Shown here: in pieces, positions 36,047-48,184 of the stretch
Layout: the number at the start of each line of letters is the position of its first letter
How positions within the stretch are numbered: the first letter of the stretch is position 1
Assembly: GCA_049512315.1 (NCBI GenBank)
Contig: JBEKXF010000004.1
Coordinates: 1-64,000 of the forward strand
Length of the DNA: 64,000 bases
Direction of reading: 5' to 3'
Origin: Candidatus Aminicenantales bacterium
Lineage (GTDB): Bacteria; Acidobacteriota; Aminicenantia; Aminicenantales; Saccharicenantaceae
Notes under the pieces: model-generated
What the model saw: the letters and a program-made list of their open reading frames with translations, nothing else
Databases searched by the model: none
Told to the model about the DNA's origin: nothing
Position numbers and translations under genes: made by a program

Positions 36047-38371
36047 TCAATGCCAGTTGGAAAGCCCCGAGGCGGTCCGGAAGCGGGTCCTCGTTCCGTC
36101 CGTTGAGCATTCGATGGCCCCGTGGAGGTCCGTCCGGTAAACCGTGGCACCCAGGCTCCGGTACCGCTCGAGGACCGGGGGGGTCGGGAAACCGTACCGG
36201 TTGGCTTCGCCGACGGAAATGAGGACGTCGTCCGGATGGACGCTCTGGAGGAAGGGGACGGAGCTCGATGTCCCGCTCCCGTGATGCGGGGATTTGAGGA
36301 CCGTGCTCCGGAGGTCTCCCCCCGCTTCGAGGATCTCGCTCTCGGCGCCGGCGCCGATGTCCCCGGCGAAGAGGAAGGCCGTCCGCCCAATGGAGATCCG
36401 GAGGACGAGGGAGCTGTCGTTATCCGCGGCCCGGGCGCCGGGACCGCCGTCCCGGCCGGGATGGAGTGCCTCGATGATAGTCTCCCCCACCTCGCGGCGG
36501 AATCCACGGCCGACCCTCCGCCGCAGGGCGGAGGTCGGGAGAGCGCTCATGAGTTCCTGGTAGACGGCATCCTCCGCCGGCGGGACCCCTTCCCAGAACT
36601 CACCGACCCGGAAATTATGGGCTACGGACACGAGGCCCTTGAGATGGTCCGGGTGGGGGTGGGTCAGGACGAGGAAGTCGATCCGCTTGATCCCCTTACG
36701 CCAGAGGGCCGGGGAAACGACCTTATCACCAACGTCAAAAGGGCTGTCGACGAACCCGCCGCCGTCGATAAGCATCTTTTTCCGCCCCGGGAACTCGACC
36801 AGGATGGAATCGCCTTGACCGACGTCGATCATCGTGACCATGAGCTCCTTGGAGGATGGCGAAAAGGGGTAGGTCACGAGGACTGCGGCGAAAAGCGAGA
36901 AACAGGCGGCGGTGAGCAGGCGCTGTGCTTTGAACCTCGGGCGGAGGAGAAGCAGGCCGAGGCAGAGATAATATCCGACGATGGTCCCCCGATGGGGCGT
37001 CGGGATCCTGTAGGACAGGAAGGAAACTCCGTCGAGCAGACGGGACAGGCGGGAGAAGACCCCAACCAGGAACTGGAGCAGGAAAACGAAGGGCGGCCCG
37101 GTCCCGGGAAGCGCGGCCGAAAGGGGAAGGAAGGCATAGCCGATCCCCATGATAAGCCCCACGAGGGGAATGGCTGCGTAATTCAGGATGAGCGAAGCGA
37201 AGGTGACCCTGTTGAAACTGGAGGCGATGATCGGCAGGACGCCGAGCGACGCCGAGAGCGAGAGGGCTGTCATCTCGCCTGTCTTGAGCGGAAGCCGGGG
37301 GAGGCGTCTGATGAGCGGCGGGCCGAAGAGGATGATGGCGAGCGTCGCGGCGTAGGTCAGCTCGAAGCCGGCGTCGAAGAGGTTGAAGGGGTTCGAAAGG
37401 AGGAGGGCGAAGGCGCTGAACGAGATCGTGTTCAGGACGTGGACGTCTTTCCAGAGCAGACGGCCGGCGAGGAAGGCCAGGGTCATGACCGTTGCCCTGA
37501 GCACCGACGGGCTGCCCTCCACGAGGAGAGTGTAAAAGACGAGGAAGAGAATGAGGGCCAGATACGACGGCCGCCGGGGTATGCGGACGAGCCTGAACAA
37601 GGAAAAAAGAAGGAGGGTGATGATCGCGATGTGGCCGCCGGAGATCGCGAACAAGTGATAGAGGCCAGTCTGCTGGAGCGAAAGGACGGTCGCGGCGTCC
37701 ATCCGGCCGTCTTCGCCGAGGAGGAGAGCCTCGAGGACCGCCCCCACGGGCGAGATGTCCGTTCCGTCCGCGTTCGGGAACGAGACCTCGAGGTTTTCCT
37801 GGAGGGCGCAGCGGATCCGCGAAATCGGGGCCAGGAGCGGCATCCCCCGCCCGCCCCCGGTTTTTTCCACGAGGAGACTCGATTTGGTGAAGGCCCGGCG
37901 GTGGACGTTCCGGCTCTTGAGGTAGCGGTCGTAGGAGAACCCGCCGAAATTCTTGAACGTCCCGCCCGAAGAGAGGCGGATGGACGCTGAAACCCTGTCC
38001 CCGGCGCGGAGCCTGAGCCGGTCCCGCTTTCCGGGCTGGAAGGGAACGGTAAGCGAGAGATTTCCCCGGACGGTGCGCTCTTTGCCCTTGTCCCGGATCG
38101 ACTCCACGCGAAGGAGGAGAATGTCCCTCTCTGGCTCCCGGCCGGGGGAGCCGAGGAGCCAGCCGGAGACGTCCAGGTAATCCCCGGATTCATACCGGTG
38201 AAGGGCGTTGGCCTCGTATCCCCTGTCCGAAAGGGCATATAGCGTGGCCCCGGACGCGGCCACGGCTAGGAGGACGAAGGTGAAGGCCGGGCCGGTTTTC
38301 CGGAGAGCGTAGGACGTCCAGGCCGTTCCCAGGAAAGCCAGGACGATCCCAAGTCCGGCGGCCGGAGACAC
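36047..38371 (-). CDS. comEC: DNA uptake channel ComEC/Rec2 (start uncertain; the frame is open to 38677)
   Basis: TGLYHLFAISGGH, SPSVLRA, IDVGQGDS, THPHPDH, NDSSLVL, HHGS, NRYGFP and YRTDLHGAI. Confidence 0.93.
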   Translation of the reverse strand: MSPAAGLGIVLAFLGTAWTSYALRKTGPAFTFVLLAVAASGATLYALSDRGYEANALHRYESGDYLDVSGWLLGSPGREPERDILLLRVESIRDKGKERTVRGNLSLTVPFQPGKRDRLRLRAGDRVSASIRLSSGGTFKNFGGFSYDRYLKSRNVHRRAFTKSSLLVEKTGGGRGMPLLAPISRIRCALQENLEVSFPNADGTDISPVGAVLEALLLGEDGRMDAATVLSLQQTGLYHLFAISGGHIAIITLLLFSLFRLVRIPRRPSYLALILFLVFYTLLVEGSPSVLRATVMTLAFLAGRLLWKDVHVLNTISFSAFALLLSNPFNLFDAGFELTYAATLAIILFGPPLIRRLPRLPLKTGEMTALSLSASLGVLPIIASSFNRVTFASLILNYAAIPLVGLIMGIGYAFLPLSAALPGTGPPFVFLLQFLVGVFSRLSRLLDGVSFLSYRIPTPHRGTIVGYYLCLGLLLLRPRFKAQRLLTAACFSLFAAVLVTYPFSPSSKELMVTMIDVGQGDSILVEFPGRKKMLIDGGGFVDSPFDVGDKVVSPALWRKGIKRIDFLVLTHPHPDHLKGLVSVAHNFRVGEFWEGVPPAEDAVYQELMSALPTSALRRRVGRGFRREVGETIIEALHPGRDGGPGARAADNDSSLVLRISIGRTAFLFAGDIGAGAESEILEAGGDLRSTVLKSPHHGSGTSSSVPFLQSVHPDDVLISVGEANRYGFPTPPVLERYRSLGATVYRTDLHGAIECSTDGTRTRFRTASGLSNWH

Positions 38372-38445
38372 GAGGAAGGCCGGACCGGAGGCGATCCCGC
38401 AGGCCAGGGCCGCGGCCAGAAAGAGGAATGGATAGGGGGTCGGCC

Positions 38446-39771
38446 CTAAATTTTGGGGACGCCCGTCGCGAGGGAGCTCTGCTCTTCCAGGGCGTCGAGC
38501 AGGAGGTGGGACAGGATCTTGATGCCCAGGGGGATGCTCCGCTCGTCCGGGCTGAAATTCGCGCTGTGGAGCGGTGACGCCTGCTGGGCCGGGCCCTTGA
38601 CGCCCAGGAAGAAGTAGAACCCCGGGATCTTCCGGGCGAAGAACGAAAAGTCCTCGGCGATGAGCTGGGGCTTCCATTCGAGAACGTTGTCCTTGCCCAG
38701 GAGCCTGGCCAGGATTGGGGCCATTGTGGCGGTCAGCTCCGGATTATTATAGACGGACGGCAGCAGGGGTTTGTACTCAAACTCGTAGGACGCGCCGCTC
38801 ATTTCCGTGATATCCTTGACGATCGCCTCCATGAGCGGCGGGATCTTCTTCCGGTTGGCCTCGCTCAGGGCCCGGACCGTCCCCTCGAGAGTGACCCGGT
38901 CGGCGATGATGTTGGGACGGGCCCCGCCCTGGATCGTGCCGACGGTCAGGACTGCGGGGTCGGTAGGGTCGACGGCCCTGCTGACGATTGTCTGGAGGGC
39001 CTGGACGATCTCGGCGGCGATGACGATCGCATCCACTCCCTCTTGGGGCCGGGCCCCGTGAGCGGCTCTTCCCTTGACCGTGATCCGGAAATCGTCGGAG
39101 CTCCCGGTGATGAAACCGGGGGCCAAGAAGACCTGGCCGACGCTCTCCGGCCAGACGTGGAAGCCGACGATGGCACTTACCGGCGGGCTGTCGAGGGCGC
39201 CCTCCCGGATCATAAGGTCGGCCCCGCCCTCCTCGTCCTGGGGCGGGCCCTCCTCGGCGGGCTGGAAGATGAACGTCACGCTGCCCTTGATCTTGTCTTT
39301 CAGGGCGCTGAGGACCATGGCTGTTCCGAGGGCGATGGAGGTGTGGACGTCGTGGCCGCAGGCGTGCATGACCCCCGGATTCAGCGACTTGTACGGGAGG
39401 CCGGTCATCTCCTGGATAGGCAGGGCGTCCATATCGGCCCGGACGGCGATCGATGCGCCCGGCTGCGTGCCGCGGAGGAGAGCCACGACGCCGGTCTTGG
39501 CCACCCCGGTCCGGACCTCGAAGCCGAGCGTGTCGAGCTTGGAGCTGACGAGCCGCGAGGTTTCGAACTCCCGGTTGCCGAGCTCGGGGTTCATATGGAT
39601 GAAACGGCGGATCTTGATGATTTCCGCCTTATTTTTTTCGATCTCTTCGTCGATCCGCTGGGCGGTCTTTTTATCCACGGCGGACAAGGTCAGGGGGAGG
39701 ACGGCCAGCAGACCGAGCGTAAGGAACAGGGTCGGGAGCCGGCGGGGAGCGGTCGTTGTGCGGGTTCTCAT
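38446..39771 (-). CDS. M20D family amidohydrolase, secreted
   Basis: HMNPELGNREFET, RADMDALP, MHACGHDVH, FQPAEE, HGARP and AEDFSFF. Confidence 0.93.
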   Translation of the reverse strand: MRTRTTTAPRRLPTLFLTLGLLAVLPLTLSAVDKKTAQRIDEEIEKNKAEIIKIRRFIHMNPELGNREFETSRLVSSKLDTLGFEVRTGVAKTGVVALLRGTQPGASIAVRADMDALPIQEMTGLPYKSLNPGVMHACGHDVHTSIALGTAMVLSALKDKIKGSVTFIFQPAEEGPPQDEEGGADLMIREGALDSPPVSAIVGFHVWPESVGQVFLAPGFITGSSDDFRITVKGRAAHGARPQEGVDAIVIAAEIVQALQTIVSRAVDPTDPAVLTVGTIQGGARPNIIADRVTLEGTVRALSEANRKKIPPLMEAIVKDITEMSGASYEFEYKPLLPSVYNNPELTATMAPILARLLGKDNVLEWKPQLIAEDFSFFARKIPGFYFFLGVKGPAQQASPLHSANFSPDERSIPLGIKILSHLLLDALEEQSSLATGVPKI

Positions 39772-39887
39772 CGTCGAATAACCTTTCGAGGCGGTCGGAA
39801 ACGGTATTCTAGCGCGATCCGGCGGAAAAATACACGGGTTCCTGGCCCGAAACGGGCTCGAAAAAGAGAAGAGGGACCGGGCGCCGC

Positions 39888-40214
39888 CTATTTGCCCTCT
39901 TCGCCCTCTCCGGAGTAGTCTTCCGGTTTATTCAGGTACTCTTCCTTCTTTTTTTCGATGAATTCCTTTATGGCTTCGAGGCCCTCGGTCGTCTTTTCCT
40001 TGACGACTTTCATGCCCTTTTCCGCTTCCTTGGCGATCTTCTCGTACCCGTCCTTGGCGGCCTCGCCCGTCTTGATGGCCTGGTCCTTGATCTTTTTCCG
40101 CGTCTCCTTGCCGCTCGCCGGCGCGAACAGGATGCCGACGATGAAGCCCGCGGCCGCTCCCGCCATGAATGTCAGGAAGGAATCCCAGAAATGGTTGTCT
40201 TTGTTATCCCCCAT
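39888..40214 (-). CDS. YtxH domain protein
   Basis: GAAAGFIVGILFAPASGKETRKKI. Confidence 0.88.
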   Translation of the reverse strand: MGDNKDNHFWDSFLTFMAGAAAGFIVGILFAPASGKETRKKIKDQAIKTGEAAKDGYEKIAKEAEKGMKVVKEKTTEGLEAIKEFIEKKKEEYLNKPEDYSGEGEEGK

Positions 40215-40575
40215 GATTCTTCTCCTTTTTTTTTTTCAACTGCAGCCAGCCGATGCGGAACAAAGGGAACAGGAGGGGCAAGTACTTGACGCTCGGCCGG
40301 ATGACCTTGCCGGCGACGAAACCGGCGATCTCGGAAATGCCGGCGGCAGCCTTTTTCGATGTCTGGAGGACCTGCCCGACATCATCCAGACTTGCGTTGA
40401 TCTTGGCCTCGATCTCCTTGAACCCGTCCATCAATTCCTGGGCCTTGGCGAGCGTCTTCTCGCCCTCCCGGGCGGTCCGGCGAAGCTGGATCAAGACCCG
40501 GACGAGAAAAATGACGGCCACCACGACGGCGATGGTCAGAATAAGGAATAGAATCTGGCTCAGGGACAGCTGCAT
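40204..40575 (-). CDS. DUF948 (YtxG/YoxC-like) membrane protein
   Basis: N-terminal TM plus coiled coil, directly upstream of the YtxH gene as usual for this pair. Confidence 0.7.
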   Translation of the reverse strand: MQLSLSQILFLILTIAVVVAVIFLVRVLIQLRRTAREGEKTLAKAQELMDGFKEIEAKINASLDDVGQVLQTSKKAAAGISEIAGFVAGKVIRPSVKYLPLLFPLFRIGWLQLKKKKEKNHGG

Positions 40576-40620
40576 GTTACCTATTAAATATGCCAAAACC
40601 GCGCAAATGTCAATTACGGA

Positions 40621-41613
40621 TTAGCGCTTTTGGTGAAGGAGATAGAGGAAGAACGGGGCGCCGACGGCCGCCGTGATTACACCGATCGGAAGCTCCGACG
40701 GGAGGAGGGTCCGGGCGATAAGGTCCGAGTAGAGGAGGAACGTCCCGCCGGCCAGGGAAGCGTAGGGGAAGAGCCGGCGGTGGTCGGGACCGATGAGGAG
40801 CCTGATCCAATGGGGCACGACGAGGCCGACGAAGCCGATGATCCCGCTGACCGAAACGGAAAGCGCGGCCAGGAGCGAGGACAAGATGAGGAAGGCCTTC
40901 CGCACGCGGCGGACCGGGCAGCCCAGGGCCCTGGCCGTCTCATCCCCCATGGTCAGGAGGTTCATGTCCTTGGCCAGCCAGAGCGAAGCGGCCAGGCAGA
41001 TGACGAAGTAGGGAGCCACTGTCCCGACTTGCTTCCAGTCAGCCAGCTGGAAGCTGCCGAGGAGCCAGAACACGGCCTGGTCGAAGGAATCCGACCGCAT
41101 GAAGAGGAGAAACGAGGTCAGGGCCGAGGCCAGCGCGCCAGCTGCGATCCCGGTCAGGAGAAGAGTCTCGATCTTAAAACTGCCCTTCCGCAACGAAAGA
41201 AGGTAGACGAAGGAGACGATTCCCAATCCCGAAGCGAAAGCCATGAGTCCCTGCCCGGAGAAGCCGGGGAAAGCGACGTTGACGCCCAGCGAAAGGGCCA
41301 GGACGGCGCCGAGCGACGCGCCGGACGATACCCCGACGACGAAGGGGTCGGCCATGGGATTCTGGAAATATCCCTGGAGGATGGCCCCGGAGAGGGCCAG
41401 GCTCGCCCCGACCAGGAAGGCCAGGAGGGCCCGGGAGAGCCGGAGGTCGATGAAGATCGTGGCTTGGACGCCCGTTGCCCCGCCCCGGAGGAGGTCCCAC
41501 AGGTCGGCGGCGGAGGTCTTGACGGGACCGGTCAGGAGAGACAGGAAAAAGCCGGCCGCGGCGAGCAGGATGAGGAGGGCCAGGAGGAGACGGCGGCCCG
41601 TTTTCGCGCTCAC
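40621..41613 (-). CDS. btuC: FecCD/BtuC-family ABC transporter permease
   Basis: DLRLSR, QNPMADPFVVGVSSGA, IGFVGLVVPH and ELPIGVITAAVGAPFF. Confidence 0.85.
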   Translation of the reverse strand: MSAKTGRRLLLALLILLAAAGFFLSLLTGPVKTSAADLWDLLRGGATGVQATIFIDLRLSRALLAFLVGASLALSGAILQGYFQNPMADPFVVGVSSGASLGAVLALSLGVNVAFPGFSGQGLMAFASGLGIVSFVYLLSLRKGSFKIETLLLTGIAAGALASALTSFLLFMRSDSFDQAVFWLLGSFQLADWKQVGTVAPYFVICLAASLWLAKDMNLLTMGDETARALGCPVRRVRKAFLILSSLLAALSVSVSGIIGFVGLVVPHWIRLLIGPDHRRLFPYASLAGGTFLLYSDLIARTLLPSELPIGVITAAVGAPFFLYLLHQKR

Positions 41614-42767
41614 GGCTTCCCTACGAAGCGCTCGGGATGAAGGGCGCGGGCCATCCGGTCCAGGACGTCCACGAGCCGCGGGCCGAAGCGGCTGGCCGAG
41701 TTCTCGTCGATCATATAAACCCGGCGCCCGACGACCGCCTTAACGCGATCGAGATGGACTTCGCGGCTCAGCCACTCTCGGGCTCTGGCGAAATCCTCTT
41801 CGGACTTGGAAAGGATGAAAATGGCGTCCGGATCGTCCCTGAGGATCCGCTCCGGGCTGTATAGGACCCATTTCTTGGGCATCGCGGCCGCGATGTTGAC
41901 CGCCCCAGCCCTGACGATGAGGTCGTTGACGTAGCTCCCGCCGCCGCAGGTCCAGAGCCCCTGGCCGCGGAGGACGACGAAGACCCGCGGTTTTTCCCTG
42001 ACCGGGCCCAAGGCGCTCTCGACGGCGCTCTGCCTGGCCCGGAGACCGGCCGCGAGCCCCTCGGCTTCCTTTTCCCTCCGGGTGACCAGGCCGACCCTGG
42101 CGATGAGCGGGTAAAGGGCGTCGAGGCCGTTCCCGATGTCCAGGACGAAGACCGGCAACTTGAGGCCGGCCAGGCGGTTGACGATGCGGAGCGGGTTCCC
42201 CCGGAAGGCGATGACGAGGTCCGGCGCGAGGGCCTGGATGCGCTCGATGTTGGGGTCGACGAGCCCGCCTATTTTCGCGATGGACCCGGCCTCGGGCGGA
42301 TAATCGCAGAACCTGGTGACGCCCACGACGTTCCCGCCAAGGCCGAGGGCGAAGAGGATCTCGGTGATGTTCGGGGCCATCGACACGATCCGCGTCGGTG
42401 TCGTCGCGGGCAGCGGGAAGGGGCGGCCGAGGTCGTCCTTGAGAACTTCGGCTTGAGCGGGAAGATCATCGCGGGAGACGTCCTTAGGGGCCCGGCATTT
42501 TCCGCGGGCCGGGAAGATCGATGACGTAAGAACGACGAGGAATATCGCTATCGCGCGCGCCGGCAGGAGGTGCGACAGAAGGGGGGCATGAGCCTGAGGT
42601 GCGTGTCTCCTCTCTTCCCTGACGCATGTTGAAGTGTCATTGCGAGCCCTCCTGGGCGCGTCAATCTCATGGCCCTGAGGTCGCCGCGGGCAAGAGCCCT
42701 CGCGATGACCTTGCGAGGGATCCCTTCGATTCATGATCCCGGCCTCAAAAGGGGTCATTGCGTTCAC
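41610..42767 (-). CDS. btuF: Cobalamin/iron-chelate substrate-binding protein (BtuF-like) with an unusual N-terminal extension
   Basis: RIVSMAPNITEILFALG, VGVTRFCDYP, PNIERIQALAPDLV and SRFGPR. Confidence 0.82.
   Translation of the reverse strand: MNAMTPFEAGIMNRRDPSQGHREGSCPRRPQGHEIDAPRRARNDTSTCVREERRHAPQAHAPLLSHLLPARAIAIFLVVLTSSIFPARGKCRAPKDVSRDDLPAQAEVLKDDLGRPFPLPATTPTRIVSMAPNITEILFALGLGGNVVGVTRFCDYPPEAGSIAKIGGLVDPNIERIQALAPDLVIAFRGNPLRIVNRLAGLKLPVFVLDIGNGLDALYPLIARVGLVTRREKEAEGLAAGLRARQSAVESALGPVREKPRVFVVLRGQGLWTCGGGSYVNDLIVRAGAVNIAAAMPKKWVLYSPERILRDDPDAIFILSKSEEDFARAREWLSREVHLDRVKAVVGRRVYMIDENSASRFGPRLVDVLDRMARALHPERFVGKP
42636..42709. repeat. REP/RPE-like inverted doublet inside the btuF 5' extension
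   Basis: GTCATTGCGAG-CCCTCCTGGG-CGCGTCAATCTC (42636-42668) faces an inverted copy GTCATCGCGAG-GGCTCTTGCC-CGCGGCGACCTC (42677-42709, minus strand). Confidence 0.7.
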
Positions 42768-43555
42768 GGGACCTTTCCTTGGGTGACGAGCGAGATCTCC
42801 GGGAGGCCGGACCGGGTGTTCGGCCTGACATCGACCTCGGCGTCGAAAATAGCCCTGACCATGTCCGCCGTGATCGTTTCCGCCGGCCCGCCTTGGGCCG
42901 CGATGCCCCCATCCTTCAAATAGACCAGGCGCTCGGCGTGGGCCGCGGCGAGGTTGATGTTGTGCTCGGCGGCCAGGATCGTTTTCCCTTTGTCCTTCTG
43001 GAGGCTCTTGAGAATAGCGTAGATCTCGACTTGGTAGCTGATATCGAGGTGGAGGCTGGGCTCGTCAAGGAACAGGATGGGCGTATCCTGGGCCAAAGCG
43101 CGGGCGATGAAAACCCGCTGCCGCTCGCCGCCGCTCAGGTGGCCCACTTTTTTCCCCAGCAGGCCCGCCGTCTCCGTCAGGCGCACGGCCTCGTCGACAG
43201 CCTCGGCGTCGCCGGCGGAGAGCGTCTCAAACCGGGCCTGACGGGTATAGCGCCCCATGAGGAGGATCTCCCGGGCCGTGAATTCGAAGACAGGCTCGGC
43301 CAGCTGGGGGACGTAGGCGATCTTCCGGGCGATCTCGCGCGGGCCGAGGCGGAAGAGGTTGTCGTCGCCCAGGATGACCTGGCCTGAAACGTTCTCGAGC
43401 AGGCCGAGCATGGCCCGGATCAAGGTGCTTTTCCCTGAGCCGTTCCGGCCGAGGAGGGCGACAAAATCGCCGGGATCGAGCGTCAGGGAAATGTCCTCGA
43501 TGACGAAGCCATCGTCGTATCCCGCGGAGAGGTTTTTGACTTCCAGAATCGCCAT
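42764..43555 (-). CDS. btuD: ABC transporter ATP-binding protein (BtuD/FepC-like)
   Basis: GRNGSGKST, LSGGERQRVFIARALAQ and LDEPSLHLD. Confidence 0.85.
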   Translation of the reverse strand: MAILEVKNLSAGYDDGFVIEDISLTLDPGDFVALLGRNGSGKSTLIRAMLGLLENVSGQVILGDDNLFRLGPREIARKIAYVPQLAEPVFEFTAREILLMGRYTRQARFETLSAGDAEAVDEAVRLTETAGLLGKKVGHLSGGERQRVFIARALAQDTPILFLDEPSLHLDISYQVEIYAILKSLQKDKGKTILAAEHNINLAAAHAERLVYLKDGGIAAQGGPAETITADMVRAIFDAEVDVRPNTRSGLPEISLVTQGKVP

Positions 43556-43673
43556 GGCCGGACCTAGTATATCCGCATTCCTTGACTTTTCAAGGGGATA
43601 AACCTAAGATGAATTTTGCTTTTTCGGGCCGCCGGAGAGCCCGAAACCCGATTTTCCGAGGACCGTTCGAACC

Positions 43674-46162
<2,489 letters not shown>

Positions 46163-46163
<1 letters not shown>

Positions 46164-46690
46164 TGGCGGATCATCATCGGTTGTCGGCTGTCGTTCTTCT
46201 GGCGGTCGTCGCCCTGGCGGCCGGGGCCTGCGGCTACCACCTGCGCGGCACCGGGAGCTTCCTGCCCCCGTCCATCAAGACCATGAGCATCCCGGTCTTC
46301 AAGAACCTGACGACCCGCTACGAGCTGGACATCAAGCTGACCCGGGCCGTGATCAACGAGATGGTCGCCCGGGGGAAGGTGGCCATCACGGCCGACCCGG
46401 AAAAGGCGGATGCCGTCCTCGAGGGCGAGATCGTTTCCTTCTTGGCGACCCCCGTCGGCTTCACGGGACAGGCCCAGGCCGACCGGTACACCATTACGGT
46501 GAAGGCGAAGATCGTCCTGAAAGACAGGGCCGCTGAGAAGCCTCTTTTCTCCAACCCTTCTTTCATTTACGTCGAGCAGTACCAGGTCCCCCCGGGCCGG
46601 GACTTCGAGTCCGTCCAGACGGAAGCCATCGACAAGATCGCCGAGATGTTCGCCAGAAGCCTCGTCGCCACCATCCTGGAAGGGTTCTGA
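46163..46690 (+). CDS. lptE: LPS assembly lipoprotein LptE
   Basis: Lipobox AGAC-GYHLRG; leuS-lptE-holA synteny. Confidence 0.85.
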
Positions 46691-46691
46691 G

Positions 46692-47834
46692 GTGTACAGC
46701 CCCCTCCTCAACGCCGAGATCCGCGAGGACAGCCTTCTCGCCTGTTATTTCCTCTACGGCGAGGAGACCTTTCTGGCCGACCAGTTCGTCGGCCAGCTCA
46801 GGGACATGCTGGCCGCCTCTTCGGACGAGGACTTCCGCCTGGACAGGTTCTACCTTGACGAATCGAAATGGATGGATGTCATCGACACGGCCCGGACCGT
46901 GCCCTTTCTCTTCCATGCCTGGCGGGTCCTTGTCGTTTCGATCCCGGAGCGGCGGCCGGGCTCCGATAGGGGCGGCGGCCGGCGCGGAGAGGGGGACGGA
47001 GACGAGGGGAAAGGGGCGAAGTTCCTGAGCGAGGTCGACCAGAAGATCATCCGCGCCTATTTCGCCGAACCGGCGGCCCGGACCACCCTCGTCGTCATCA
47101 TGCCTGGCAAGGTCAGGAAGAACGACTCCATCGTCCGGTTCTTTTCGTCCCTGCCGAAGTCCTCCGTCCTGGTCAAAGAGGTCAAACGTCTCTACATGCG
47201 GGACGTCAAGAGCTGGGCCGACCGGAAGGCCCAGACGCTCGGCAAGTCGCTCACCGAAGGAGCGAAGGCCCGCCTGTACGAGATCGTCGGCTCCGACCTC
47301 AGGCTCCTTTCGAACGAGCTCGAGAAACTGGCGATCTTCGTCGGCGACAAGCGGGGGATCGGCGAGGAGGACGTCAACCAGGTCACGGCCTGGCTCCGGA
47401 ACTACGAGGCCTACGAGATCGATGATGTTCTAACGAACGCGGACTTCGAACAGGGAGTCGCCGTCCTCGGCCACCTCTTCGCGGAGGGCGAAAAGCCGGA
47501 GCTCATCGTCGGGCGGCTGACGACCTTCTTCAGGAATATCCTCGCGGCCCAGACCTGGCTCCGCGAAAAGAGCAGGACGAGGGAGGAGATTTTTCAGGAG
47601 TTTTTTCCGTATATCCAAAAGGCCCATTCCGGCCTCTACGACAGGAAATACGATGGGTTCTTTTCGGCCGTCGATGGGCTGTCACGGGCTGAGCTCGCCT
47701 CCGTCCTGAGGAAGCTCCAGAAGGCGGACATCAAGATCAAGACGACGGACGCCGAGGCGAGGACGGTTCTCGAGGTCTTTCTGATGGAGTATTGTCTGCT
47801 GCGAGGCCGGAGGAAGGCTATTTCGCGGGGCTGA
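46692..47834 (+). CDS. holA: DNA polymerase III delta subunit
   Basis: YFLYGEETFL, GSDLRLLSNELEKL and DIKIKT; synteny with lptE and rpsT. Confidence 0.88.
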   Translation: MYSPLLNAEIREDSLLACYFLYGEETFLADQFVGQLRDMLAASSDEDFRLDRFYLDESKWMDVIDTARTVPFLFHAWRVLVVSIPERRPGSDRGGGRRGEGDGDEGKGAKFLSEVDQKIIRAYFAEPAARTTLVVIMPGKVRKNDSIVRFFSSLPKSSVLVKEVKRLYMRDVKSWADRKAQTLGKSLTEGAKARLYEIVGSDLRLLSNELEKLAIFVGDKRGIGEEDVNQVTAWLRNYEAYEIDDVLTNADFEQGVAVLGHLFAEGEKPELIVGRLTTFFRNILAAQTWLREKSRTREEIFQEFFPYIQKAHSGLYDRKYDGFFSAVDGLSRAELASVLRKLQKADIKIKTTDAEARTVLEVFLMEYCLLRGRRKAISRG

Positions 47835-48096
47835 CGCCCATCCCGACGACCTGGCGGCTGAGGCGGGATTTGTAGCGGCTCCCCGTGTTCTTGTGGATCG
47901 TGCCTTTCTTGACGGCCTGGTCGATCGTCGAGATGACGCCGGGGAGAAGCTTCCGGGCCGTTTCCTGGTCTTTATTCTCGATCGCTTCGCGGACTTTCTT
48001 GACGCCGGTGCGGAGCGCGGACGTGTTCCGGGTGTTGACGGCCTTCCTGCGGATGCTGCGCCGCTCTTGCCGGATGGCGGATTTGTGATGGGCCAT
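47818..48096 (-). CDS. rpsT: 30S ribosomal protein S20
   Basis: MAHHKSAIRQ...IDQAVKKGTIHKNTGSRYKSRL. Confidence 0.95.
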   Translation of the reverse strand: MAHHKSAIRQERRSIRRKAVNTRNTSALRTGVKKVREAIENKDQETARKLLPGVISTIDQAVKKGTIHKNTGSRYKSRLSRQVVGMGVSPAK

Positions 48097-48184
48097 GGTC
48101 TTACTCCTTGAGAGGCGTCTATGATAGAATATCCTGGTTTCAAAGTCAAACAGCCTCCCCCTGGAGCGAGGCGGCCCCTGCCTG

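Noticed and set aside
38446..38462. Programmed frameshift fusing the amidohydrolase to ComEC at CCCCAAAATTT
   Set aside because: No X-XXY-YYZ slippery heptamer in the required frame.
43556..43673. Cobalamin riboswitch for the btu genes, or a T-box for leuS
   Set aside because: The divergent intergenic region is only 118 bp and shows neither motif.
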